NCBI GenBank assembly: GCA_030390025.1 | Contig: CM059432.1 | Coordinates: forward strand, 122,018,001 to 122,082,000 | Source of the DNA: Squalus acanthias | Lineage: Eukaryota | Length of the DNA: 64,000 bases | Direction of reading: 5' to 3' | In this document: positions 49,699 to 62,735 of the stretch, one piece after another | How the letters are laid out: each line of letters begins with the position of its first letter | How positions within the stretch are numbered: the first letter of the stretch is position 1 | The notes under the pieces: model-generated | Databases searched by the model: none | Told to the model about the DNA's origin: nothing | The model's input: only the letters and a program-made list of their open reading frames with translations | Made by a program: the position numbers and the translations under genes

Positions 49699-52600
49699 AG
49701 TCTCTTTGCAAGCAAAGTTATGAAGGACAGCAACCAAAGTACCAGCGAAGTTAGGATCAGTAGGCAAAACTACCTCACAAAGCGTTGACTCAATGCAGAA
49801 GTCTCTCTTTCTCTCTCTCCGAATCTCTCTCTCTCTCTCAGAACGAGTGGTGCAAAAATGTCAACCACAGAAAAAGACAGGAAGAGGCCCCCTTTAAATA
49901 GCGCCACCCCCAGCCCCACAGCGATTGATAGCGTTCCAGTCTTCCGGTCGTTGGATGCGCCAGGCGGTAAGGCAGGGGGCGCCACTCAATTTCCGCTCCG
50001 GGGCGCCACAAGGGCGTTGCACCATGGAATGACGTCACAATCTGCGCGCGCAGGTGGTCGCAGCGGTAAGTTTTAGCGCCGCCGCACAATGTCTAGTTAA
50101 GTTCCCGAGCGGCGCAAACATCGCTGCGCCCGGGCGCTAGCGGCTTTGCGCCCCATTAGCGCCCTCTTAAGGCGCTAACGGGAGGCGCAACCAACTGAAA
50201 TTTTACCCCTAAGAATTTAAAAAAGTAAAAAAGAAATGTTTTTTTCACTCATTTATAATTTTAAAATACTTTTCAAAAAGGTTAGTTTATTTTTAGCCCC
50301 GTAAAAAACCTTAAATTTTGTTTCAAAAAATTAAATTTTTGTTTAAAATATTTAATTTAATGTAATTTTAACTAATTTTAAAAACGTGATTTAAATTTTT
50401 TTTTAATGTTTTGATGTGTTTTTGGAGTGATCTCCATTCATACTTTAGATGGGTCTAAGCTGAGAGACCTGTCAAAAGTATGAAGGAAGAGTCCCTTCTC
50501 CCATTGGTTCCCCATGGCCCACATGATCCCAGGGACGCTTGCGAACCGCATGCGCCCCTGTGATACGTGGGCCCTGCGCATTTCCTCGTGGAGAGGCCCA
50601 GGATCGGAAATGGCCAGACCTCTGGAGCCTTCAGGTAAGGGCGTAGATTTTTTCCAGATCGGAGGCCTCCGCACTCAGGAAGCCTCCGATCGGAAAATAT
50701 GGGCCACTATGTTCACTCTTTCCTAAAGGCCCCTTTACTACAGGGTTATTAATTAACCCTTTCTCTTTGCACAATACTACATTTAAAATAGTCTATTCCC
50801 TAGTTGGTTCCTCAACATACTGATCTCGAAAACTATCTTGTATACATTCCATGAATTTGTCCTCCACGCTATTGCTGCAAATTTGGTTTGCCCAGTCTAT
50901 ATGTAGATTAAAGTCTCCATGATTACTGTATTTCCCTTGTTACATGCACCTCTAATTTCCTGATTTATACTCTGCCCTACATTACAACTGTTTGGGGGCT
51001 TATAAACAACTCCCACCAATGTTTTCAGCTCCTTGCTGTTTCTTAGCTCCACCCAAACTGACTCTACTTCTTGATTTTCGGAGCTAAGATCCTTTCTCTC
51101 GACTGTCTTTATCCCATCCTTTATTATCAGGTCTACCTCTCCTCCTTTTCCATTTTGCCTATCTCTTCTAAAAGTTAAGTATCCCGGAATATTTAGTTTC
51201 TAACCTTGGCCACATTGCAAACATGTCTTCATAATGGCTGTTAGATCAAACCTATTAATTTCTATCTGCGCTATTAATTCATTTATTTTGTTGCGAATGC
51301 TTCGCGCATTCAGATATAGTGCCTTTAGCTTGACTTATTTCTATTTTTCCCTGATGTCACCTTAGTCACTGATGCCTTATTATCTTTGTTACTCTCTCTG
51401 TCCCTTCCTGACCCACTCTGCTTGTTTTTACTCAAAACTCTGCTCTGCTCTAGAGCCTTGACATTTCTCTCGCTATTTTAAATTACTCTTTCCTGAATCC
51501 TCCCACCCCCCCTTCATTAGTTTAAAGCCCTGTCTACTGTCCTAGTTATTCGATTTGCCAGAACATTGGTCCCAGCCCGGTTTAAGTGGAACCCGTCCCA
51601 ACGGAACAGCACCCAGTACTGGTGCCAGTGCCCCATGAACTGAAACCCCTTCCTCCCATACCACTCTTTGAGCCACGCATTTAAACCTCTAATCTGTTTG
51701 TCCCTATGCCAATTTGCACATGGCTCAGGTAACAATCCAGAGATTATTACCTTTGAGGTTCTGCTTTTTAATTTGGATCCTAGCTCCACAAACTCCCTCA
51801 GCAGAACCTCATTCATAGTTCTACCTATGTCGTTGGTTTCTACGTGGACCACGACAGCTGGATCCTCCCCTTCCCGCTCCAAGTTCTCCTTCAGCCGCGA
51901 GGAGATGTCTTTAACCCTGGCACTGGGCAGGCAACACAACCTTCAGAACTCCCAGTTGTGGCTGCAGAGAACCATGGTGTCATGGTCAGCTTGCTCCTCC
52001 GTCCTGCAGGCTTTTCCCTCATCCACACAGGCAGCAAGAACCTCATACCTGTTGGACAAGGGCGAAGGCTGAGGCACCTCCAGCACTGCACCTGGGGTCC
52101 CCTTACCTGCCTGAGTTGCAGTCACACCCTCCCATCCCTGACCACTAACCAGACCTGTACTACTACCTAACCTAAGAATTGCGACTGCCTCCTGCATCAA
52201 AGTGTCCAGGTAACTCTCCCGCTCCCGATGACCCGCAATGTCTGCACCTCAGACTCCAGCTCAAAAACTCTGAGCTGAAGTTCCTCAAGATGCAGGCACT
52301 TACTGAAAACGTGGTTGTCCAGGATCACTATGCTCTCCACAAACTCCCACATGCTGCAGTTGCGGCACACTGCCTGCACTGCCATCCCTATATGACCTTG
52401 TTTTATTTAATGGAATTTAATTAAATTTGTAATTAGGTAACTTAATTTTCAGTGTAGTTTCTTGACTATTTATTTGATCTAGATTAAGTTATGGGTACTG
52501 AAATTAAATCTCTACCTGTAACACAAAACACTACAAGTAGTGTAGGCAAAAAGCCCCTCTTCTCCGAATTCCCACTCTTTCCAAATTCCCAAATAAAACA

Positions 52601-52942
52601 CAGTGTTTAAATAATTTTAGCACTAGTACACTCCATTTTAATCCCGCTCTGTGCAGACAAAATGGGCTGGATTTTGATACTGGGGCGGGCTAGAGTCGTG
52701 TAATCTGCATTTCGTGTTAGCCACCCGATTCGAAATCGATGTGGGAGAATGATGCCATTTTAACCTAATTGGCCAATTGAGTTCCAACATGTGGGAACCC
52801 ATGACCAGTGAGTTTTTCCAGTCTGAAAGTCACCTCCGATGATGTCATCATTGCTGCTGCATTTAAGGTCTGCAACAAGCCTTGCTTCTTCTGCAGACTG
52901 CCAAGCTTTTGTCCTTGCATGTTAGACGCACCTGCAGGAAGA

Positions 52943-54090
52943 ATGGCCAGCCAGAGACCTAGGTCTGCACCCCGCTTTGATGATGTTGCCCTGCAGGCTT
53001 TAGTAGAGGGAGCCAGAGCAAACAAAGAGGTGCTCTTCCCTTCTTCAGGGAGGAAGAAGCCTCCCCAGCAAACCAAGGCTGTGTGGATACAGGTGGCAGA
53101 GGAGGTCAACACTTTGTCAATAACCTGCAGAACCTGGCTTCAGTGCAGGAAGAGGCTTCATGACCTTCTGTGCACTGGAAAAGTGAGTATGAATTTCCCA
53201 TCACCCTCAATCTGATCCCCATTGCCTCTCCTCACCAGCACTCAGCTTTAGCAATCTCTTCCTCCACATCCCACTTGACACTGACATCCATGCACCCTTA
53301 CCCATTCCCTCTCTCTCTATGGTCACATTCACCGAACTATTCGACTATGCAGCCCTCACACTCCCTATCACTGTGATGCAATTACAAATTACAACACACA
53401 GGGAGGGCCCTTGGTCTTGCTACCTCACTCCATCTTTGTCTCCTTCTAAGCATCTATGCTATGGATTCTTTACACTCACTCCTTCATTCTCACTCAAACT
53501 CCATTTGTCTCCCTCATTGCAGGAAAAGCGAGCTCACAATAAGAGGGAAAGAGCAAGGACAGGAGGAGGGCCACCCTCAGTAGCCCAGCTCACCCCTGGG
53601 AGGAGGCGGTCCTGGAGATCATGGGAGTGGAGGAAGATTCCCAAGTGGGGGACGGACAGACGGGCGCATCACTGCAAGCTGGTGACAGAATAGTTTTCCA
53701 TCTCTCTCAATGACATTGCATGAGTCGCTGATAATGATTCTGAAGCTCTAACAGATGGACTTATGATCATCTGCAATATGCAATGTGCTTGTAACCTTGG
53801 CCTCACATCTCTGACTCTTTCCTTTACTCCCCCCCAGGACCATCGAAAGCCCCCGTCCCCAGTATCCAGGAGGAAGAGCATAAGCCTCAAGACTCCTCAG
53901 AGGAAGCTGCATCCTCTGAGGGCGCAGCGTCAGCAGGAATCAGCGCACCTAGCACCAGCGCAGACACTCACACCTCGGAGGGAACATCGCGAGATAGAGT
54001 AGTGTCGTCACCTGGTGTATCACAGCTCACAAGTGAGCATCAGCAGACAGTGGAGACAGGGACAGCAGTGGAGAGTCCTAGTTGGAGGGT
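52943..54090 (+). pseudogene. Family C Myb/SANT ORF2: exon 1 (52943-53182) open, exon 2 frameshifted, exon 3 truncated by deletion
   Basis: RSAPRFDD...WIQVAEEV...QCRKRLHDL then GTGAGT; compared with 20460-21220 of the sister copy. Confidence 0.75.
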
Positions 54091-54159
54091 TTTATGTTAA
54101 AAAGCCATCAGATGATTACTGTAAATAAAATATCTGATGGCTACTGCTGTAGTTGTGGT

Positions 54160-57100
54160 GACCTCAAAGGTAGTAATCTCTGGGTTGCTACCAGTGCCAC
54201 GTGCTAATCAGAGTAGCATGAACAGGATAGCGAGATTAAATACGTGGCTTGAGCAGTGGTGCAGGAGGGAGGGATTCAAATACCTGAGACATTGGAACCA
54301 GTTCTGGGGGAAGTGGGACCTGTACAAAAGGGACGGTCTGTACTTGGGCAGGACTGGAACCGATGTCCTCGGGGTAATATTTGCTAAGGCAGTTCGGGAG
54401 GATTTAAACTAATATGGCAGGGGAATGGGAACCTATGTAGCGAAACAGGGGGAAGTAATATGCAGTCAGAAACAAATGTTAGAAGGGTGAGAAACAATAA
54501 GGGAAATCCGAGTAAACAAAGGCAAGAAACACAAAGGGCCATACTAAATCATAAGTCTAAAAGGACAAAGGGTGTTAATAAAACAAGCCTAAAGGCTCTG
54601 TGTCTTAATGCAAGGAGTATCCGTAATAAGGTGGATGAATTGACTGTGCAAATTGATGTTAACGGATATGATGTGATTGGGATTACAGAGACGTGGCTCC
54701 AGAACAATCAAGGCTGGGAACTGAATATCCAGGGGTATTCAACATTCAGGAAGGATAGAATAAAAGGAAAAGGGGGTGGGGTAGCATTGCTGGTTAAAAA
54801 GGAGATTAATGCAATAGCTAGGAAGGACATTAGCTTGGAGGATGTGGAATCAATATGGGTTGAGCTGCAGAACACCAAAGGGCAGAAAACGTTAGTGGGG
54901 GTTGTGTACAGACCTCCAAACAGTAGTAGTGAGGTGGGGGAGGGTATGAAACAGGAAATCAGAGGTGCATGCAAAAAAGGCGCAGCAGTTATCATGGGTG
55001 ACTTTAATATGCATATAGATTGGGCTACTCAAACTGGAAGCAATACGGTGGAGGAGGATTTCCTGGAGTGTTTAAGGGATGGTTTCCTAAACCAATATGT
55101 TGAGGAACCAACTAGAGGGGAGGCCATCCTGGACTGGGTGTTGTGTAATGAGGAAGGACTAATCAGCAATCTTGTGGTGCGAGGCCCCTTGGGGAAGAGT
55201 GACCATAGTATGGTGGAGTTCTACATTAGGATGGAGAAGGAAACAGTTAATTCAGAGACCATGGTCCAGAACTTAAATAAGGGCAACTTTGAGGGTACGA
55301 GGCGTGAATTGGCGAGGTTAGATTGGCAAGCGATATTTAAGGGGTTATCAGTGGAAGGGCAATGGCAGACATTTAGAGATCACATGGATGAACTACAGCA
55401 ATTGTACATCCCTGTCTGGCGTAAAAATAAAAAAGGGAAGGTGGCTCAACCATGGCTAACAAGGGAAATCAGGGATAGTATTAAAAGCAAGGAAGTGGCA
55501 TACAAATTGGCCAGAAGTAGCAGCAAACCCGGGGACTGGGAGAACTTTAAAACTCAGCAGAGGAGGACGAAGGGTTTGATTAGGGCAGGGAAAATAAAAT
55601 ATGAAAGGAAGCTTGCGGAGAACATTAAAACGGACTGCAAAAGCTTCTATAAATATGTAAAAAGAAAGAGGTTAGTAAAAACAAACGTAGGTCCCCTGCA
55701 GTCAGAAACAGGGGAAGTCATAATGGGGAACAAAGAAATGGCAGATCAATTGAACAAGTACTTTGGATCTGTGTTTACTGTGGAGGACACAAACAACCTT
55801 CCGGAAATAAAAGAGATCAAAGGATCTGGTAAGAGGGAGGAGCTGAGGGAAATCCTTATCAGTCGGGAAAAGGTGTTGGGGAAATTGATGGGACTGAAGG
55901 CTGATAAATCCCCAGGGCCTGATGGTCTGCATCCCAGAGTACTTAAGGAGGTGGCCTTGGAAATAGTGGATGCATTGACGATCATTTTCCAACATTCCTT
56001 AGACTCTGGATCAGTTCCGAAGGAGTGGAGGGTGGCTAATGTAACCCCTCTTTTTAAAAAAGGAGGGAGGGAGAAAGCAGGGAATTATAGACCGGTCAGC
56101 CTGACATCGGCGGTGGGTAAAATGATGGAATCAATTATTAAAGATGTCATAACAGACCATTTGGAAAGTGGCGACATGATAGGTCCAAGTCAGCATGGAT
56201 TTGTGAAAGGGAAATCATGCTTGACAAATCTTCTGGAATTTTTTGAGGATGTTTCCAATAGGGTGGACGGGGGGGGAACCAGTAGATGTGGTGTATTTGG
56301 ACTTTCAGAAGGCCTTCGACAAGGTCCCACACAAGAGATTGGTGTGCAAAGTTAAAGCACATGGGATTGGGGGTAATGTGTTGACGTGGATTGAAAACTG
56401 GTTGGCACACAGGAAACAAAGAGTAGGAGTAAATGGGTACTTTTCAGAATGGCAGGCAGTGACCAGCGGGGTACCGCAGGGTTCGGTGCTGGGGCCCCAG
56501 CTGTTTACATTATATATTCATGATTTGGATGAAGGGATTAATTGTAATATCTCCAAATTTGCGGATGACACTAAATTGGGAGGCAGTGTGAACAATGAGG
56601 AGGATGCTAGGAGGCTACAGAGTGACTTGGACAGGTTGGGTGAATGGGCAAATGTATGGCAGATGAAGTACAATGTGGATAAATGTGAGGTTATCCACTT
56701 TGGTGGTAAAAATAGGGAGGCAGACTATTATCTGAATGGTGGCAGATTAGGGAAAGGGGAGGTGCAACGAGACCTGGGCGTCATGGTACATCAGTCACTG
56801 AAGGTGGGAAGGCAAGTGCAGCAGGCAGTCAAGAAAGCAAATGGCATGATGGCCTTCATAGCAAGGGGATTTGAGTACAGGAGTAGGGAGGTGATGCTAC
56901 AGTTGTACAGGGCCTTGGTGAGGCCACACCTGGAGTATTGTGTGCAGTTTTGGTCTCCTAACTTGAGGAAGGACATTCTTGCTATTGAGGGAGTGCAACG
57001 AAGGTTCACTAGATTGATTCCTGGGATGGCCAGACTGACATATCAAGGAAGACTGGATCAACTGAACTTGTATTCTCTGGAGTTCAGAAGAATGAGGGGG

Positions 57101-57490
57101 GATCTTATAGAGACGTTTAAAATCCTGACTGGTTTAGACAAATTAGATGCGGGCAGAATGTTTCCAATGTTAGGGAAAACTAAAACCAGGGGTCACAGTC
57201 TAAGGATAAAGGGGAAGCCATTTAAGACTGAGATGAGGAGGAACTTCTTCACCCAGAGAGTGGTGAATCTGTGGAATTCTCTACCACAGAAGGTTGTTGA
57301 GGCCAGTTCGCTAAATATATTCAAAAGGGAGTTAGATATAATACTCACAACTAGGGGGATCAAGGGGTATGGCGAGAAAGCAGGAATGGGGTACTGAGGT
57401 AGCATGTTCAGCCATGAACGCATTAAATGGCGGTGCAGGCTCGAAGGACCGAATGGTCTACTCCTGCACCTATTTTCTATGTTTCTATGT
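54160..57490 (+). mobile_element. Young 5'-truncated CR1 inserted between the two genes of Harbinger C
   Basis: ORF1 C-terminus, ORF2 and (TTTCTATG)n tail; Harbinger sequence rejoins on both sides. Confidence 0.93.
54460..57397 (+). pseudogene. CR1 ORF2 (APE-RT), open except for one frameshift in the G8 run at 56269-56276
   Basis: The 631-aa and 384-aa ORFs overlap at VDGGGT/GEPVD. Confidence 0.9.
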
Positions 57491-57642
57491 GTGTCATTTC
57501 GTGAATGGGACTTCCACATTGAGGGCTTAGGATTACTTGCAATTGTCAGAATGGTGTTCAAATTGCTAGGAATCCACTGGTTTTTGGCCATTGTCGATGC
57601 TCAGGTAAGAAGCTGTGAGGCAAAAGTGTTTGATTGGCTAGG

Positions 57643-58878
57643 CTAAGCAAATCTGGCCAAGATGAGGGTGTTCCTTGCATCCCGGGCAGCAATGTTCTCG
57701 CGTACTGCTGCCGCTGGTTGATGGGCCTCTGCAAGATGTTCGTTTTCGCTCTCCTCCTCCTCATCTGAGGAGGATATGTGACGAGCCACTTGGTCCTCAG
57801 GAATCTGCAAGCCACGACGCTGTGCCATGTTGTGAAGTGCACAGCAAACCACGACGATTCTGGAGACCCTGGCTGCTGAGTACTGCAGGGCTCCACCTGA
57901 TCTATCCAGGCATCTGAAGCGCATCTTCAGCAAACCGATGGTTTGCTTGATTATGGCTCTGGTGGACATGTGGCTGTAGTTGTAGCTCTCCTCAGCTTCG
58001 TTGGATGGGCTCTTCAACGGCGTCATTAGCCACGTCTTCAGGGGATAGCCCTTGTCTCCAAGTAGCCATCCGTTAAGTTGGTCTGGCAGACTGAATAGCG
58101 GAGGCACACTAGACTGGCGCAGTATGAAGGAGTCATGGTAACTGCCAGGGTACTTGGCACAAACATGCAAAATTTCCTTCTTGTGGTCACACACCAGCTG
58201 AACGTTGAGGGAGTGGAAGCCCTTGCGGTTGACAAAAATACTTGGATTGCGATGGGGTGCCTTAAGGGCCACATGTGTGCAGTCAACGACGCCCTGCACC
58301 CTTGGAAAGCCTGCCAGAATAGCTAATCCAACCGCACGCGCCGTGACACTTGCTTGATCCTTGGAGAAATGGATGTGATTGTGCGCAATGGCAAAGAAGG
58401 CATCGGTTACCTGCGTGATGCAAGTGTGTGCGACCGCATGGGAGATGCCGCTGATGTCTGCTGCTGATCCCTGGAATGAGCCTGAGGCAAAAAAGTTGAG
58501 TGCGGTGGTGACTTTGACGGCCACTGGTAAGTGTTGTCCACCTGGTCCTCTGGGCTCCAGGTCTTGTTGCAGCATTGCGCAGATGTCACCCACTACGTCT
58601 CGCGAAAGTCGGAGCCGCCTTTGGCACTGCTGCTCAGACATATTGAGATAGCTGACCCTGTGTCTGTAGACCCTGTTTGGGGGGAATCTCCTGCGCCGAT
58701 GGCCTTCCTTGCACTGGCCCCTTATGGCCTGTGCAGCTTCAGGTGGGTGAGCAGCAGCTTGGCGCTCCTGTTGTTGCTGCTGCTGTTGGTGCTGCTGTTG
58801 TTCATGGTTCTGCTGGTGCCGCGGCTGGTCTTCGTCTTCATCTGATGTCCAGAAGGGAAGGAAATAAATGGCTCCCAT
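57643..58878 (-). CDS. Harbinger family C DDE transposase, 411 aa, open, with N-terminal polyQ
   Basis: VDCTH, GSYHDS, GDKGY and FRCLD motifs; IIKQTIG where family A has IIERTIG. Confidence 0.85.
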   Translation of the reverse strand: MGAIYFLPFWTSDEDEDQPRHQQNHEQQQHQQQQQQQERQAAAHPPEAAQAIRGQCKEGHRRRRFPPNRVYRHRVSYLNMSEQQCQRRLRLSRDVVGDICAMLQQDLEPRGPGGQHLPVAVKVTTALNFFASGSFQGSAADISGISHAVAHTCITQVTDAFFAIAHNHIHFSKDQASVTARAVGLAILAGFPRVQGVVDCTHVALKAPHRNPSIFVNRKGFHSLNVQLVCDHKKEILHVCAKYPGSYHDSFILRQSSVPPLFSLPDQLNGWLLGDKGYPLKTWLMTPLKSPSNEAEESYNYSHMSTRAIIKQTIGLLKMRFRCLDRSGGALQYSAARVSRIVVVCCALHNMAQRRGLQIPEDQVARHISSSDEEEESENEHLAEAHQPAAAVRENIAARDARNTLILARFA

Positions 58879-60529
58879 GCTTCTGGTATATGCCTCAGTT
58901 GAGGAAGCGCTCAGTCAAAGTGGCGATCGGGGTTTCCCAGGAGGTCACACTGGAGATGGGTGTCAGGCTGCAAACTTCCACAGCTGTGGTTATGCCTTCT
59001 AAAAGTTCCCCCAGACCTGAGACATTAAAGTCCTGCCACCTGCAAATGATGGCTGATCAAATCTCCTATTTAATGGTTGAGCTGCAGCTGATAGTCAGCA
59101 ATCCAATTGTGCTACCGACAGGTTTCACCGTCGTGTTTCAGAACAGGCGTGCTTCACGTGAGAAAAGGGTTAAAATCACAAAGGCCTATCAAAATGGCAT
59201 TATAGAGGCAATTTTGTGCTTGTTAAGGGCCTTAACGGCCTATCCCGCCTCTTGGAGGCGGGACGGAGACGGGACCAGTAGACACGATTCAATGAAAATT
59301 GCGTGGAGGCGGGATGGAGGCGGGGTTGGGCCCGCCCGCCAGTTTTTGCAATTTTAACCACCCACACGCCTCCAATCCCGCCTCAACGGCCCAATGAAAA
59401 TCCAGCCCAATGAGTCTGATCATAACTGTTGCTTTGAATGCACACTTGCTGTGAAATAAAGCATCTTAACAATTCGCATCTGGCCTTGTTTGACTAAGTA
59501 CTTTCTCGGTCCAAATTTGAAAAGATTGGAGAGCTGTGCATCGGGGCACAGGTTAAAGTCGTGAGTATCCAATTCAGACCACAAGGAGGTGCTATTGTTT
59601 ACACCCCTGGGTCACATTATTATATAGTTAGACAATGGGCAGTATGGGCACACCCCTAAATGTAAGATGCTCAGGCCACTTATAGGGGTGACCAGCCCCA
59701 CTGTGCCCAAGAGGACATCTAAGGCAGGCCCAAAATCCATAATTCTAGGATCAGCTGAGGTTACACTAGCTGAAGAATCTGGATCTTTACTTGACAAAGT
59801 GCTTTCTCCCTGTCAAAAAATAATGGAATTCCTAATGCAGTTGCATAACCATACTCACCAAATCAAAATTTACAGAAACTTTACACTCCCTTGCATTTTC
59901 CCCTGTAAGAAGAAGAACATGACAGAAATGTAGCTTGTAAGTTGAAGGTAGCTAGAGCTAAGAGGCACTTAACTACTCAACAAGAACTAAATACATTAAA
60001 ACACTAGTGCCATCATTATAATTGTGTAGACCTGCATTATTACCTACTGTATATCTCACGGCTGCAGAAAGGGCTAGCGTGACTTTAATCAAACTGAAAA
60101 TGGCACTTCACAGATGCAAAAATAAGTACATCAGTCACTTCCAGATAAAAGCATACCTGGTCCAAGCATAAGTTGATCGTAGCACAGAATTGCAATTTAT
60201 CAGTACAGTTCCCATTCCTGCCAGTTACATAGAACACCTAAACTAGGCACAACACAATGACTAACACTGATTATTTGCATTTTAAATGCTTTGCTCTCTA
60301 ACTATAATAAACTCATTTTTACATCACCTCTAGAAACAGCAGTATATTTTAGAAATCAAATCAAAGCCAACTTACAAAAGATGCTTTGATGATTTTCATT
60401 CAGTTTAGTGCATTGAGGAAATCGCACCTCAATATAATAAATGGTCTTAAGACAAAATTCTGATGCTGTTAGATTAGGAAATAAGAAAATGAAAAACAAA
60501 ATGTGCTAAAATCATTTAATAATATTACA

Positions 60530-61060
60530 TGGTATTACATAGTATTTACAGCACAGAAACAGGCCATTCGGCCCAACTGGTCCGTGCCTGTGTTTATGCT
60601 CCACACGAGCCTCCTCCCACCTCTCTTCATCTCACCCTATCAACATATCCTTCTATTCCTTTCTCCCTCATGTGCTTATCTAGCTTCTCCTTAAATGTAT
60701 CTATGCTATTCGCCTCAACCAGTACTTGTGGTAGCGAGTTCCACATTCTAACCACTCTGTGGGTAAAGAAGTTTCTCTTGAATTCCCTATTGGATTTATT
60801 AGTGACTATCTTATATTTATGGGCCCTAGTTCTGGTCTCCCCCTCAAGTAGAAACATCTTCTCTACGTTTACCCTATCACACCCTTTCATAATCTTAAGG
60901 ACCTCTATCAGGACACCCTTCAGTCTTCACTTTTCTAGAGATAAGAGCCCGAGCCTGCTCAATCTTTCCTGATAGGCATAACCTCTCAGTTCTGCTTTCA
61001 TCCTCGTAAATCTTTTTTGTACCTTCCCCAGTGGCTCTAATGCCTCTTTATAATATGGAG
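60530..61060 (-). mobile_element. CR1 3' fragment
   Basis: FFTHRVVRMWNSLP C-terminus and 3' UTR. Confidence 0.85.
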
Positions 61061-61947
61061 ACCAGAACTGTTCATAGTAATAGCAATCACTCCGTGGTTA
61101 TATTTTGATCTGAGCATTAATGTTTATTAAAAAAAGATTTGACTAAATTGGTAAGTAAAGTCAATTATAGAATCCTCTTTCCTTATTGGCTTTCATTTTT
61201 ACTCGGTCATAAATGGGTTGCAACGAGAGTAAGAAGAGCCCGAAATATAGCTGGTTATAGGCTTGTTAATGATTGTGATGAGACTGCAAAAGGCCTAAGT
61301 TAAGAAATGACCTTTATGCCAACCTAGAAAATAGCAAAAGCTGACCAATATACATACAAAAAAGCTGACCCAGGCCCCAAAAAGCTGACAACTCAAGAAC
61401 AGCCCTGAATATAAACCTAAGACACTTAAAAATGAGTCATTACACAGACTTAGTTACTTTAGCTGTAGGTATACCCAATCATACTGGAGATAAAGAAGAT
61501 AAGTACATGAAAGCCTGAAGTGCATATCTGGGGGAGGGTTCAAAACATGGATGAAATAAGCAGTTTTGCTCATTGTGAGATATAAAAGAAATTTATGTTG
61601 TTTAATTCTATTCAGCCTTTGGGTAAGCTCTAATAAGCTACTGTTGAGAAATAATCAGTGGCAGATTTAGGCCACATTCCCCATATTAAGCCAAGTCCCA
61701 CTGGCAGATCTGAGGGTCATTTGCCACTCATGGAAATTCATTCTTTTATTCCTCTGTGTGAATATTTTATTGGAAGTAAATTAACTTTATTAATAACTCC
61801 TCTAACAGAGACAGATAAAATACTGTACCAGAAAATCAGGCTAATTACAATTCAAACCCCAAAAATTCTAAATGATATACATACAACATTAGTCATTCAT
61901 GTGATAATTTAATTGAAAATCTAACATCTTAGAACTAATTCGTCATA

Positions 61948-62735
61948 AGAAAGAAATATAGAAAGACTTGTATTGATATAAGCCTTTTACGACCTCAGAA
62001 TGTTCAACTAGATCGATTCCTGGGATGAGAGGGTTGTCCTATGATGAGAGATTGAGTAGATTGGGGCCTATACTCTCTGGAGTTTAGAAGAATGAGAGGT
62101 GATCTCATTGAAACACACAAGATTCTGAGGGGGATTGACAGGGTAGATGCTGAGAGGTTGATTCCCCTGTCTGGAGAGTCGAGAATTGGGGGGCATAGTC
62201 TCAGGATAAGGGGTCGGCCATTTAAGACCGAGATGAGGAGGAATTTCTTCACTCAGAGGGTTGTGAATCTTTGGTATTCTCTACCCCAAAGGGCTATGGA
62301 TGCTGAGTCATTGAGCATATTCAAGGTTCAGATAGATAGATATTTGGACTCTAGGGGAATCAAGGGATATGGGGATCTGGCGGGAAAGTGGAATTATTGA
62401 ATGGCGGAGCAGGCTCGAAGGGCCGTATGGCCTATTCCTGCTCCTAATTCTTATGTTCTTATGTTCCAAAATGCTTTACAGCCAATGAGGTACTTTTGAA
62501 GTGTAGTCACTGATATAATGTAGGAAATATGGCAGCAAATTTACGCACAGCAAGCTCCCACAAACAGCAATGAAATAAATAACCAGATAATCTGTTTTAG
62601 TGATGTTGATTGAGGGGGAAATATTGGCCAGGACACAGGGAGAACGTCCCTGCTCTTCTTTGAATAGTGCCGTGGGATCTTTTATGTTCACTGAGAGGAC
62701 AGATGTGGCCTCGGTTTAAATTCTCATTCGAAAGG
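61948..62735 (-). mobile_element. DeuSINE-like SINE fragment split by a CR1 3' fragment
   Basis: Reverse homolog of 26640-26990; ATGTTC repeated at both CR1 junctions. Confidence 0.7.
62005..62465 (+). mobile_element. CR1 3' fragment with (TTCTTATG)n tail
   Basis: RGDLIET...FFTQRVVNLW motif. Confidence 0.88.

Larger units (their letters stand above)
46101..50209 (-). mobile_element. Autonomous Harbinger, family A copy 2 (4109 bp), inverted relative to copy 1, TSD TAA
   Basis: TIR GGGGGAAAAATT / AATTTTACCCC; TAA at 46098-46100 and 50210-50212. Confidence 0.95.
46060..50705. mobile_element. Harbinger-type MITE, family D (46060-46100 + 50210-50705), split by an autonomous Harbinger
   Basis: TIR GGCCCGTATTTTCTGATC / GATCGGAAAATATGGGCC; flanks ATT/ACT; related copy at 63651. 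Confidence 0.75.
43166..52600 (-). mobile_element. Near full-length decayed CR1 (ORF1 ~52385-51517; ORF2 to ~43260) hosting several insertions
   Basis: ORF1 Cys finger and esterase, APE/RT fragments, (CATAAGAA)n tail at 43166. Confidence 0.88.
52664..59408 (-). mobile_element. Harbinger family C, TSD AAT: open transposase, damaged Myb ORF, CR1 inserted
   Basis: TIR GGGCTGGATTTT / AAAATCCAGCCC; AAT at 52661-52663 and 59409-59411. Confidence 0.92.

Noticed and set aside
19567..59408. Functional complementation between the two family C copies (one lacking transposase, one lacking most of Myb exon 3)
   Set aside because: Myb exon 1 of the 19567-22628 copy has a 1-nt frameshift near 22270, so neither copy supplies an intact ORF2
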